From positions 1 through 46,291 of the forward strand of contig LCOG01000003.1 in the NCBI GenBank assembly GCA_001001705.1: 46,291 bases of DNA, given 5' to 3'. Source of the stretch: Parcubacteria group bacterium GW2011_GWA2_47_26. Its GTDB lineage: Bacteria > Patescibacteriota > Patescibacteriia > GWA2-47-26. A program made the position numbers and the translations under genes. Of this stretch, positions 18,449-28,500 are shown in pieces. Position 1 is the first letter of the stretch. Every line of letters begins with the position of its first letter. A model generated the notes under the pieces. It was not told the origin of the DNA. It saw only the letters and a list, made by a program, of their open reading frames with translations, and searched no databases.

Positions 18449-19477
18449 TCACCTCTTGCTAATCATATTTCCAATATGTTGCACCATATCCATAAGGTGT
18501 ACCGAGTAGCCCCATTCGTTGTCATACCAAGCCATGACTTTGACTAGGTCGCCATCAACGACACGCGTCATTTCTAAATCCACTACCGAAGAATAGGACG
18601 AACCAACAAAATCACTGGAAACTAGCGGCTTATCCGTTACCCCCAGCACGCCTTTCCAACGTGCGCTCTTGGCCGCTTTTTTAAATGTCGTATTAATTTC
18701 TTCTACCGTGGTCTTGCGCTTCAAAAGCAAGGTGAAATCTGAAAGCGAAACATCAATTGAAGGCACGCGCACTGCAATACCATCAAAAAGTCCTTTAAGC
18801 TCTGGCACTGCTTCAGTCGTTGCCTTAGCCGCGCCAGTAGAGGTAGGCACAATGTTGATCATGGCCGAACGCGCCCTACGCAAATCCGGATGCAAGGCCG
18901 GCGGAAGACCGTCAACCAAGTTTTGCTCGGCAGTCACGGAGTGCACTGTTGTCATCATGGCTTTGCGCACTCCAAAAGTCTCATTCATAATCGCCACGAC
19001 TGGCGCAATAGAGTTTGTTGTACAAGAAGCGTTATTGATGACTTCTGCATTTTTGGGACAAGCCTCGTGATTTACACCCATTAAATACGTAGGCACTTCT
19101 TTGGCCGGCGCGGAAATCACCACGCGCTTTGCGCCAGCCTTCAAATGCTCTCGCGCAGATTCCATATTTGTAAAACGCCCAGTTGATTCAATAACCACAT
19201 CCACATTGTACTGCTTCCAAGGTAGCTTCAGCGGCTCTTTTTCCGCCACAATCGGAATTTTCACGCCATCAACAATTATATGCGTCTCATCAAACCCAAC
19301 CTCGCGCTCCCAAGTCCGGAACACCGAATCGTATTTCAAAAGATGAGCGAGAATCTCCGGCTTGGTTAAATCATTAATAACCACAAACTCCACTCCCGGC
19401 CTCCCCCATCCGGCTTTAAAAGTTGTCCGGCCAATTCGGCCAAAACCATTGATCGCCACGCGAATCTTTTTTGCCAT
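18449..19477 (-). CDS. gap: Glyceraldehyde-3-phosphate dehydrogenase, type I
   Basis: INGFGRIGR, ESTGRF, NASCTTN, WYDNEWGYS. Confidence 0.98.
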   Translation of the reverse strand: MAKKIRVAINGFGRIGRTTFKAGWGRPGVEFVVINDLTKPEILAHLLKYDSVFRTWEREVGFDETHIIVDGVKIPIVAEKEPLKLPWKQYNVDVVIESTGRFTNMESAREHLKAGAKRVVISAPAKEVPTYLMGVNHEACPKNAEVINNASCTTNSIAPVVAIMNETFGVRKAMMTTVHSVTAEQNLVDGLPPALHPDLRRARSAMINIVPTSTGAAKATTEAVPELKGLFDGIAVRVPSIDVSLSDFTLLLKRKTTVEEINTTFKKAAKSARWKGVLGVTDKPLVSSDFVGSSYSSVVDLEMTRVVDGDLVKVMAWYDNEWGYSVHLMDMVQHIGNMISKR

Positions 19478-19537
19478 ATTTTTCAATGAATAATTAGTTA
19501 ATCGCCACTCCCAGTATACCAAAATTCTCAAAATACA

Positions 19538-19566
19538 AAAAGTGGGGACAGAATCCCCACTTTTTT
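19538..19566 (-). terminator. Hairpin with A/T tracts after tsf (possible intrinsic terminator or family C half-site)
   Basis: AAAAGTGGGGA-CAGAA-TCCCCACTTTT. Confidence 0.55.
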
Positions 19567-19583
19567 ATGTGGATATTATTAGT

Positions 19584-20186
19584 TCAGCACACCGAGGTGC
19601 CACCATCTTGCAAACTATACCGTACAAATCTGCGGACTTGGATATTTTCACCCAGTTTGGCAATCTTACTCTGAATTAACTCGCCAATGGTCGTATCCTC
19701 ATCTTTGATAAAAGGCTGATTCATCAAACAAACCTCCGAATACCACTTTTCTAACTTTCCCTCTACAATCTTGTCTACTATATTCGCCGGCTTCTCGGCC
19801 ACCTCTTCGCTGTAAATTGACTTTTCTTTCTCCACCACTTCTTGCGGAATATCCTCGGATTTAACATATAAAGGATTAGCCGCGGCAATTTGCATGGCCA
19901 AATCATGTGCTAAATTTTCAAATTCAGGATTGCGCGCAACAAAATCTGTTTCGCACAAAAGCTCCAAAAGCACTCCCACTTTTCCGCCGCCATGAATATA
20001 CGCATGAACAAGCCCCTCATTAGTGGCTCGCTCGGATTTTTTGGCTGCTTTGATAGCCCCGCTTTTGCGCAAAACCTCTACAGCTTTTTCAATATCGCCG
20101 CCCGATTCTTCAAGGGCATGCTTTGCCTCAAGAACCCCTGCGCCAGTTTGAGCGCGCAGTTGCATGACTAATTTTGAATCAATCAT
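19584..20186 (-). CDS. tsf: Elongation factor Ts (short form)
   Basis: LRAQTGAG, LCETDFVAR, LAMQIAA, LGENIQVRRF; follows rpsB. Confidence 0.96.
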   Translation of the reverse strand: MIDSKLVMQLRAQTGAGVLEAKHALEESGGDIEKAVEVLRKSGAIKAAKKSERATNEGLVHAYIHGGGKVGVLLELLCETDFVARNPEFENLAHDLAMQIAAANPLYVKSEDIPQEVVEKEKSIYSEEVAEKPANIVDKIVEGKLEKWYSEVCLMNQPFIKDEDTTIGELIQSKIAKLGENIQVRRFVRYSLQDGGTSVC

Positions 20187-20199
20187 AATCTTTACTACT

Positions 20200-20940
20200 T
20201 TACACGGCCGCCTCGGACACCTTTGGCTCCTCTGCCACTTTGATTGCATTCCTCTCTCCTGCCCCTTCCTTATACGCCTGGGTCATAAGTTGAGTAACTA
20301 ATTCAATAGATTTAAGCGCGTCGTCATTGCCCGGAATAGGATATTGAACCAACTCCGCATTCACATTAGTATCACATAATGCCACAACCGGCACGCTCTT
20401 TTGACTCGCCTCGCGCACTACTATATCTTCTCGCTTAATATCAATAATATAAATCGCGTCCGGAATTTTAGTCAGTGTTGATATGCCGCCAACCAACTGC
20501 GACATCCGTTCAATATCTTTGGAAAATTCAGACTGTTCCTTTTTCGTATATTTTTGCAGTCCGCCCTTTTCTTGCTGACCCTTAAGATCCACATATTTTT
20601 TAATCAGCTTAAAAATCTCCATCCAATTCGTAATAGTTCCGCCCAGCCAGCGATGCTCAACATAAGGCATGCCGCACTCCATCGCGCACTTTTGAACAAT
20701 AGCCGCGGCTTGCTTTTTGGTCCCGACAAATAAAAGCACCTTGCCCTCTTTGCCTAGATTTTTTACAAAATCCATGGCCTCTTTGAGCTTCGCTTGCGTT
20801 TGCTCAAGATTAACAATATGCACTCCTCCGCGCTCGCCAAAAATAAAAGGCTTCATTTTGGGATGCCAGCGCGAAGTTTTATGCCCAAAATGAACCCCAG
20901 CTTTTAGCAAATCAAGTAATTCAGGAATAATTGTTGTCAT
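20200..20940 (-). CDS. rpsB: 30S ribosomal protein S2
   Basis: AGVHFGH, WHPKM, LFVGTKKQA, RWLGGT, DTN, PGNDD. Confidence 0.98.
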   Translation of the reverse strand: MTTIIPELLDLLKAGVHFGHKTSRWHPKMKPFIFGERGGVHIVNLEQTQAKLKEAMDFVKNLGKEGKVLLFVGTKKQAAAIVQKCAMECGMPYVEHRWLGGTITNWMEIFKLIKKYVDLKGQQEKGGLQKYTKKEQSEFSKDIERMSQLVGGISTLTKIPDAIYIIDIKREDIVVREASQKSVPVVALCDTNVNAELVQYPIPGNDDALKSIELVTQLMTQAYKEGAGERNAIKVAEEPKVSEAAV

Positions 20941-20982
20941 AGTGTTTGGAGCAGTCTACCATGACCTGCTTTTATCTGTCAA

Positions 20983-21051
20983 TTATGTTTGTGGGGTTGA
21001 ACATTATACGTATGTTTGTGGGGTTGAACATTATGTTCGTGGGATTGAACA
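20983..21051. repeat. Three ~20-bp direct repeats upstream of rpsB
   Basis: TATGTTTGTGGGGTTGAACA x2 plus TATGTTCGTGGGATTGAACA. Confidence 0.8.
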
Positions 21052-21366
21052 CTCACTCTTGGAAAGAAATCCAAGGGCGCGGATCACTTGGACCAGTCGA
21101 GTTATAACCTGATTATCGGTTACTTGCACCGCAGGTTTGAACACGCAGTAACCGGCACAGAGTAAAACCAGCTCTTCAAGATCGTGAATTTTGCGAACAT
21201 GCTGCTCGGAAAAAGCAAGGAAAGCTTTGAGACATTTTTCTGCCGCTTGCTGGGCAAGAAAACAGATAATTGATAATGAACCGCCTTCGCGCGCCAATAC
21301 ATCAGCGGAATCCAAATCGTCATTGGCGCGTTCAAGCCATTGCATCACATACTTAGTTTTTGGCAT
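21031..21366 (-). pseudogene. Truncated HEPN domain gene fused to an unrelated relic
   Basis: WLERANDDL..A, CFLAQQAAEKCLKAFL, KIHDLEEL; the usual C-terminal RYP helix is absent and the sequence continues as GYCVFKPAVQV. Confidence 0.8.
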
Positions 21367-21682
21367 ACAAAATCTTTCCGTTTTTAACGATATCTTCAAT
21401 AAAAAGATTGCGATCTTGTCTGATCATATTCTGAACTTCTGTTGGCGTATATACTAATAAGTCCATCGCCATGTCACTACCCCAAAGCAGATCGCGCAAG
21501 GTTGTCATCCTTTTTATCGGGGGTATTTTTGTATCTTTAACAATCAATAAGTCCACATCGCTATCCGGCCCGGGTTTGCCCCAGGCATAAGAACCAAAAA
21601 GTATGATCTTTTCAGGATCAAACTTCTCCACAATCTTTTTTGTAATTTCATTGATTTGGTGATTTTTGTACTTTATGGTCAT
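21353..21682 (-). CDS. Minimal nucleotidyltransferase (MNT) of an MNT-HEPN pair
   Basis: PEKIILFGSYAWG..DSDVDLL, MDLLVYTP; overlaps the HEPN start. Confidence 0.92.
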   Translation of the reverse strand: MTIKYKNHQINEITKKIVEKFDPEKIILFGSYAWGKPGPDSDVDLLIVKDTKIPPIKRMTTLRDLLWGSDMAMDLLVYTPTEVQNMIRQDRNLFIEDIVKNGKILYAKN

Positions 21683-21715
21683 ACCATGAGTTTAGTGTAC
21701 ACGCTTTAAGCCGCC

Positions 21716-21744
21716 TTGACAAGATCGGGATATTTTGCTAGGCT
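21716..21744 (+). promoter_or_regulatory. Sigma70-like promoter of the lipoprotein gene
   Basis: TTGACA-17 bp-TAGGCT. Confidence 0.6.
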
Positions 21745-21796
21745 CAAGGTAGGAGAAAACAGAACCCCCGAAGGCTTTCGGGAGAGGAGGAAGCTC

Positions 21797-22399
21797 ATGC
21801 AACGCTCTTTGAGACATCTGACGAGACATCTGACGGTGGTCGGTAGTCTGTGTGCGGTCGTCGGCCTTGCCGCCTGTGGCGGGGGGGATACGACCAATCC
21901 CCCGGTGGGTGATGGGGGGGTCGGTGATCAGGTAATGGGCGACAACCTCGCCGACGCCGGTGGCGACAATACGCACGGCGCCTGTGACAATTGGTACGCC
22001 GGCAGCTGCATGGCCTGGTTCTTTGACTGTTTCAGGGCTGAAGGAGCTTGCACCATACACGTTACCTCCCGGAGACCCGACGGCGGAGTGCTGTATAGCG
22101 AGGCGTGTTGGGACAGTGGATCACGGGTAAGAAGAAGCAGTAGCGACACCATCGACTTCTACAGTCCGGAAGGCAGAATCTGTGCCAGTTTCATCTTTAA
22201 CAACCCTCCCTACTTTGACTTTACTTTCAGGCGCGACGACGGTAGAGAATACCGAATCGCGGTTTCTCATCAGTACGGCTGGAGAATCTACTGTCCGGAC
22301 GGCCGAATAGAAGAGTATAGTGAAGACATCGTCACGAACTGCTGGTGGGGAGGCTGGTATCCGCGAGGGCCTAGGTGTCAGGAAGGCACTTGCCCGTAA
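21797..22399 (+). CDS. Cys-rich putative lipoprotein (200 aa)
   Basis: AGGAGG SD, signal peptide with LAAC lipobox, G/D-rich linker, Cys-rich domain. Confidence 0.75.
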   Translation: MQRSLRHLTRHLTVVGSLCAVVGLAACGGGDTTNPPVGDGGVGDQVMGDNLADAGGDNTHGACDNWYAGSCMAWFFDCFRAEGACTIHVTSRRPDGGVLYSEACWDSGSRVRRSSSDTIDFYSPEGRICASFIFNNPPYFDFTFRRDDGREYRIAVSHQYGWRIYCPDGRIEEYSEDIVTNCWWGGWYPRGPRCQEGTCP

Positions 22400-22415
22400 G
22401 AAGGAGGAGCACAAG

Positions 22416-22451
22416 AAGCCGGTTCTGCGTTTGCAGGCCGGCTGTTTTTTT
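22416..22451 (+). terminator. Intrinsic terminator after the lipoprotein gene
   Basis: AGCCGGTTCTGC-GTTT-GCAGGCCGGCT followed by a T tract. Confidence 0.65.
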
Positions 22452-22459
22452 AAGGAGTG

Positions 22460-22515
22460 AAAAAAGGGACCACTTCTAAATTTTGCAAAGCAAAATTAGA
22501 GGCGGTCCCCTTTTT
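22460..22515. repeat. Family B palindrome downstream of the giant gene
   Basis: AAAAAGGGACCACTTCTAAATTTTGC-AAA-GCAAAATTAGAGGCGGTCCCCTTTTT; 6 related copies in window. Confidence 0.85.
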
Positions 22516-22534
22516 CAAAACGATCTCTTTTATC

Positions 22535-25500
22535 CTATTCCCTAACCCTCGGGGCCACGGCAATTACGCCTTGGAACGGAATCCAAGGCTGATCAGTATT
22601 AACAGCACCGTCAGGGTCATATTCAGCATAACACTCATCATCGCGGCATCCAACAGCTTGTGGCTCGCCCGGGCATACACCAACACAAATATCCCAGTTA
22701 TCTCTAACCTGCACTGCGGGTTTGAACACACAACAGCCAGCGTAACGATCGCGGAAATCAGCAACAGGACAGGCAGAGCCTGCACGCCAAGATGGGCTTA
22801 ACCGATCGCAGGTGTAAATGTAATCGTATTTGTAATATCCTTCAAAACAAGACTTTGGGTCATTTTGCGTAGCGAGGAGTGTACCAAAGTCTGAATTATT
22901 GCACCCTGAAGTGCCGGCCCCACTTCCAGTTCTGCCCCGCGCGTTGCGATACAAACCCTGACCCGTAAGAGAGGATAGACCATCACCCCAATTAATAGCA
23001 ATACTGCGTATGGGCATCTGATTAGAATTGGCCCAGGCAAAAAACTTCATTGTTACTGCCATGAATCCATCAGCTCCTTGAACAACATCTTCAGGGGCAT
23101 ATTTATCATTAACAGTGAACCCCTGACTCAATTCCTCCAAACCGTTAAACCCAGCCCCAACCGAATTAACAGCCGGTGCCGTACCACTAGTACGATTATC
23201 CCAGTAAGCAGCGGCCAAGTCACTGACACCACGGAGAGTATAACTAGTGTCAGTTGGCCTCATCCACTGATAACTCTGGTACCGGCGAGCGAATAATTGA
23301 CTAAAAGAGTTGCGCGCCGCATCCGGAGTATTTGGATCACTTGTGCTCTCAAACGCGTTCAGGGGCACAACAGGATTCTCACCGCCACCTCCCAGAGGAA
23401 CATTTGGCAAGGCTCTCGCATGAACACTGCAGGCAGTTTCTGCTGTTTCGCAACCATAAGGCCAGCCGGCAAAAGGCACAGCGTCTAAAGGGCCTACTGG
23501 TGGCGCGGACTCTAATAAGTTATGATTTAAAAACCACGGATGATCGGGGGGGACAGAGGTTGGCGCTTCAGTGGAAGTGGAAGCGCCCCAGGGTTGGGGT
23601 TCAAGTGAATAACTGTAATCAATACGCTCCGGGGGCAAACAATCCCCCCCCTCTACATTGTCATCCATAGACGGACACGCCCAACAGCCACGAATATCAT
23701 CCTGACGTAAATTATTATCATAGCCGAGCACTCGAATCCCTCTTTGTGACGGTGGGTTGAGGGCACAATTCCCTCCAACTGCTGGTTTTGGTACACAAAA
23801 AGTCGGGGATGTTGTTCCAGGGTATATACGTGGCGAGGCTAGATTGCAAAGAGGCGCCCTGGCTCTGCTGTGTATTATGGGACGACTACCTGCCCAAAAT
23901 CTATTTGTCTGCGGCGCACTGCCCGGTGAGGCGGGCAACTGATCAATTTGGGTAACTTCAGTGCAGTGAGGATAGGTGTTAATTAAAACCCGGACCCTTA
24001 AAAGCTCTGTCTCGTGATTACCATCATTATAAAAACCAAAACGAATATACTCTAACTTTTTGGTTGTAGAATTGAATTTGAATATCGTGGTAGCTTGATC
24101 GGAGTCATTAGAAGTTGTTGCATCATCAAAGTTCTCTACTGTCATCCCTCCGAAAGAATTCCAAGTGGCTATTAAACCCATGCCTGTATCACCCTCATGA
24201 ATGCCCTGCACGTTATTTAAACTTGAAACAAACAACGGACTGCCGCCACTGCTAGTATCTGTATTGATAAGTCTTGCAAACAAAGCCATATTTAACCCGT
24301 TCCCATCATCAGCTCCCCACCACCACCAACTATGATTATTGTCTACACCTGACGGATCATTCTCGTCTTCAAAATCATAAGCCCAGCGATAGTTTCGCAC
24401 TCCCAATATCCAATCTTCTCCAGTGGTCCTGGTCCAGGATGGTTTCTCGGTAAATGCCCCCATTGGTCCATAAATAGTTGCTGGATTTCTAGGCGCAACT
24501 CTCGCTGTATCTATTATCTCCCCTTGGGGGCAAAAAATCGGATCTGAACAAACCGCGTTCATGTCACTAATCTCCACTAATATGCCTTGAATATCGTGCT
24601 GATAAATATCCGCTCCTGATGGCCTTTTAGTAAGAACATTTATGTAACTATCCGCGACACTGAAGCGCTCATCAAATACAACTCGCTGGTTTTCTGCTCC
24701 GCTTGCGAAGATGCAATAGAATTGCCGATCATTTGCCGGTATGTATCCGGCCGAATCAAACTGATTATAAACATCTGGCGCACCGGAAAGGCGATCTACG
24801 GGCCACCAGGTTAAACAGGGATTTTGATCTGGGGCCGCGTTGATATTGCGCGAGGAGTCGCGTTCAAGACAATAACCTTGCCAACCCACGGCCGTGCTGG
24901 TGCGACCAAGACCTTGGCAAGCGCCGCCGCCGGTTGTGCATTCACTCTCTCTCACTTGTAATGCAGTGGGTGTATCGGCATCGGGGACGCAGGTCTTGCC
25001 AGCCACGCTCCCCGACCCAGTTGCGGACCCTCCCACGCAAATTCTTGGAGGAAGGTCCGTAGCCATCTGCCGGCGATAAACTGGCTGTCCGCCATATTCG
25101 GCTTTAATGTAACTGCATTCGCAAGCTAGGGGTTGATTAACCGATGGCGTACCACTTGGCGGCTGACTGCAACGCGAAGCATTATTAAAGGCTGATGCTT
25201 CGCTACGCACCTCCCCGCGCACCTCGGCGGTATTGGGAAAGGGCGAGCTAGTCTCGGGATAACCGCGGCATTGCAGTTGATCTTGGGCCATGATGTTTGG
25301 CAGCGCGGCAGGAGCGCTCGGTTCACCACTACCGTTTGGATTAACAGCGCAACCGGCGCTGGTACAAGTCTGATCTGTTGGACAAGAGACCGTGGCACTG
25401 CACGGTTGACCAGTGGGATGGGCAAGACGAAAGACGTTGGAGCCGCCCGAGCGAATATTAACCTCTCTTAACTGATCAATGGCGTAAATGTTCGGGACAG

Positions 25501-28500
25501 AATAGCCGGTATATTCATGCCCTTGAAAACGGCGGTCGCGAAGAAGGTAGGTACGATCAGTCAGCCTGCCCAGCATACAAAGTCCGTTAGTTTCAGATGG
25601 CGACGCACCTTGACCTTGCCAAACGCCACCCAATTGCTCACAAGCATTTTTATCACTAGCGGACCCCGTGGCTAGATCGCAATAATATTCTAATTGCCCC
25701 GCGGTAGTGGGCCGAGATAACCACGCGCCGTTGATCACCTCGCAAGTCGCCTGACTGACATTAGGGGCTTGGGTTAGCACAGGATTGGGACTCCAACTTC
25801 CGCACTGCACAATTGATCCGCTAGGAAGCGCTCTGGTTGGATTCAACTCATCGCACCGCGCCACAAGAGCGCAAACGGCTCTAAATCCTCCGCCACTGCT
25901 CACGGTTGGATCCCAAACCCACTGGGCCGAGGCGCATTGGAACCATTCGGCGCATTCGCGGTCGCGCAAAACGCGCAAAACGATATTCGTGTCATTTACA
26001 GATTGACAGCGGCCGCCGCTTGTTGTACATGCGGTAGTCAAGACTTGGGTGGACGCGTCATTTACCGTTGCCACGCAAACCTTGCCATTATTAATTGCGG
26101 TACTGCTTCCCCGACACATCTGCCGATTATCGAATTGCGCCGCGACTCGGCCGCCGGGATTATTGCGCAGATTGTCGCTTTCATAATAAGTCTGTTCCGT
26201 TCCCCATAATTTCTGCACATTCTCGGTTTTATCAAACAAGACACAGCCTTCTTTGCGTGAAACTTGGCCGTTGCAAGCCCGCCGCGCTTCGTCCAGCCGC
26301 GCATTTTCCTTAAAGTAATAAGCTTGGCCGCGAGAGCTTTGGGTTCGGTCAGTCGGATCAATAAATTCGGTGCAGGTGGCTTGATCCTGCGGGCAATCTC
26401 CAGAACGATTTTGATAAAGCGCGTCGCCATTGCGGCGGATACCAAAGGTTGTGCCGCCGATAAGATAGGTTCCGGTTACATTTATGGCCACGCGCGGCAA
26501 GTCATCCGTGCCCGTAACTTGCACACTGCCATAACAAGGGGTGTCAGCCACACAGGTTCCGTTAGTTGCCCCGACACCGGTCGGGGCGTCTTCTTGCCAA
26601 GTTCCTTGCGCGCCGCTATTACAAAGTCGGGCGCAGTTAGCGCAAGCTGCACCAGTGCAGGTTCCGGGAGTGCACGAGGCCGGCCAGTCAGCCCAAATTC
26701 CCGAAGCTAATGGAGCGGGCGGAGTAGCGCCGCGTGTTATTGAGGCGCCGCCGGGAGCCACACAAGTTTTAGTCGCGTTGTTCCATGTTCCATAACCACT
26801 GCATTCTTCGCGACGATCAATTTTGTCATCATCCACCACCGCCTGTTTATTTTTTCTAAACCAGCCAGAATAACTCGTGCCACCGATGTTTACATTTGTG
26901 CGCCACTCGCAACCGAGCGCTCCGGGATCTTTAAAGTAAGCCAGACTTTGATCGGTGCGCTGCCAGGTGGCACAGCCTTCGGCTTCAAATTGGCAAAGTG
27001 TGGAAGAATAAAGATTGGGGTCGTCTTTAAGATAGGCTGTGGTATAGGCGCCCGAGCTATCGGAACGCCCGAGGGCGCGGCAACCTTTTTGCGCCGCTTG
27101 GCAGGCTTTGGTTGGGTCAACTACGACATAGCGATGTTCGTCAGCCGGGACAGTCCAGTCATCAATTTGAATATTCCGACTATAACTACAGGAGGTCTCG
27201 CCTGCGGCTACAGTACAGACGACAGTATCACTGCTATTCACAACGCCATCGCCATTGGTGTCTACACGACATTCGCCCGGACTGCCGCGGCAGGTGCCGC
27301 TGTTTGTAGTATTAAATTGCTGCGCGGCCTGGTTATCTGAACCTTGAGTATCAATCAAATCCTGACAGCCCACAGCTTCGTTGCGGCAAAGCGCGTTAAA
27401 GGATTTGAGATTATGGGTAGTATTAGCCCTATCGTTATAGCTAGCACAGCCAACCATGGCTCCGCGCAAACGTCCGCCGCCGAGCTCGGCAGGTAGGGTA
27501 TTGCAAGAATCCGGAATGCTCCATGAGTTTTTTACGAGGTAGATGGTGTCGGATACGCGCCTTAAACTAATATCATCAAGATAAAAGTTAATATTGCCGC
27601 CAGTGTTCACCGCCGCATTGCGGAAGAATAATTCTGGGTCATCAAGATACGTGCAGGAAGTTGCGCCGACAGGCACTGTGCAGACTTCTGCCGCGGGAGA
27701 ACCAGCAGAACAACGGGTTGGCGCGGTTGCGGGCGTAGCGGGGCTCAATGTGCAGATGCTCGGCGTTAAGTCGCTAATGGTGACGGGTCCCAATTGGAAC
27801 AGACGCCAGTCCGGCGTAAGCGAGACTGAACCCAAAGACCAGGTTGGCGGGCTTGTGCCGCTATTGTTGCGAAAAACTGACTCAATATTCGCGCCAAGCG
27901 TACCTTTAGCTATAAAGGATACCAAGAAAGTCTGGCCAGTTTGAATTTGGGGAGAAGAACGACTGGGCGCCGCCAAATTATACGCCGCGCCAGAGCCGGG
28001 CCCGGGCGGAGCGCCGGCGACTCTTGGCGCCGCGTTTTGCACGCGCAAAGAATGGCCGCTTACAGTCAGGGCTTCAGATGATGAACTCACAGTTGTGCCA
28101 CCAGGCGCGTCCCAGTTGGCAACCCCGCCTTCAAAATTTTCAGTCAGTACCACTTCCACGTTTGATCCAGTATTGCCTTTATATCCACGACAACCGGAGA
28201 CTTGGCTGCTGCAAGAGCGCGACTGCGAAGGCACGCCAAGATAAATGCATTGATTAGTCGCGATATTCCAGGAGCCATGACCGTGGGTACAGGCTTCACG
28301 TTCTAATTCCACACGGGTGGCGGCAGGAGTGCGGGTAACTTCCGGAAGAGTTGGAAAACCGGTCCAGCGGTAAGCTCGACATTCACTTGTTGAAAGAATG
28401 GTGCGCGAGAGCAAGCGATAGAAAATATTGCCGGCCGCATCATAAAACGCGCGGCAATCCGACCGATCCGGATTTAAGCTGTCAGCCTTGGTACAAAAGG

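Noticed and set aside
20983-21051. Possible mini CRISPR array
   Set aside because: Units are about 20 bp with 1-7 bp gaps; no unique spacers
21055-22745. Diversity-generating retroelement TR/VR pair
   Set aside because: No reverse transcriptase in the window; differences are not adenine-specific and include a large deletion
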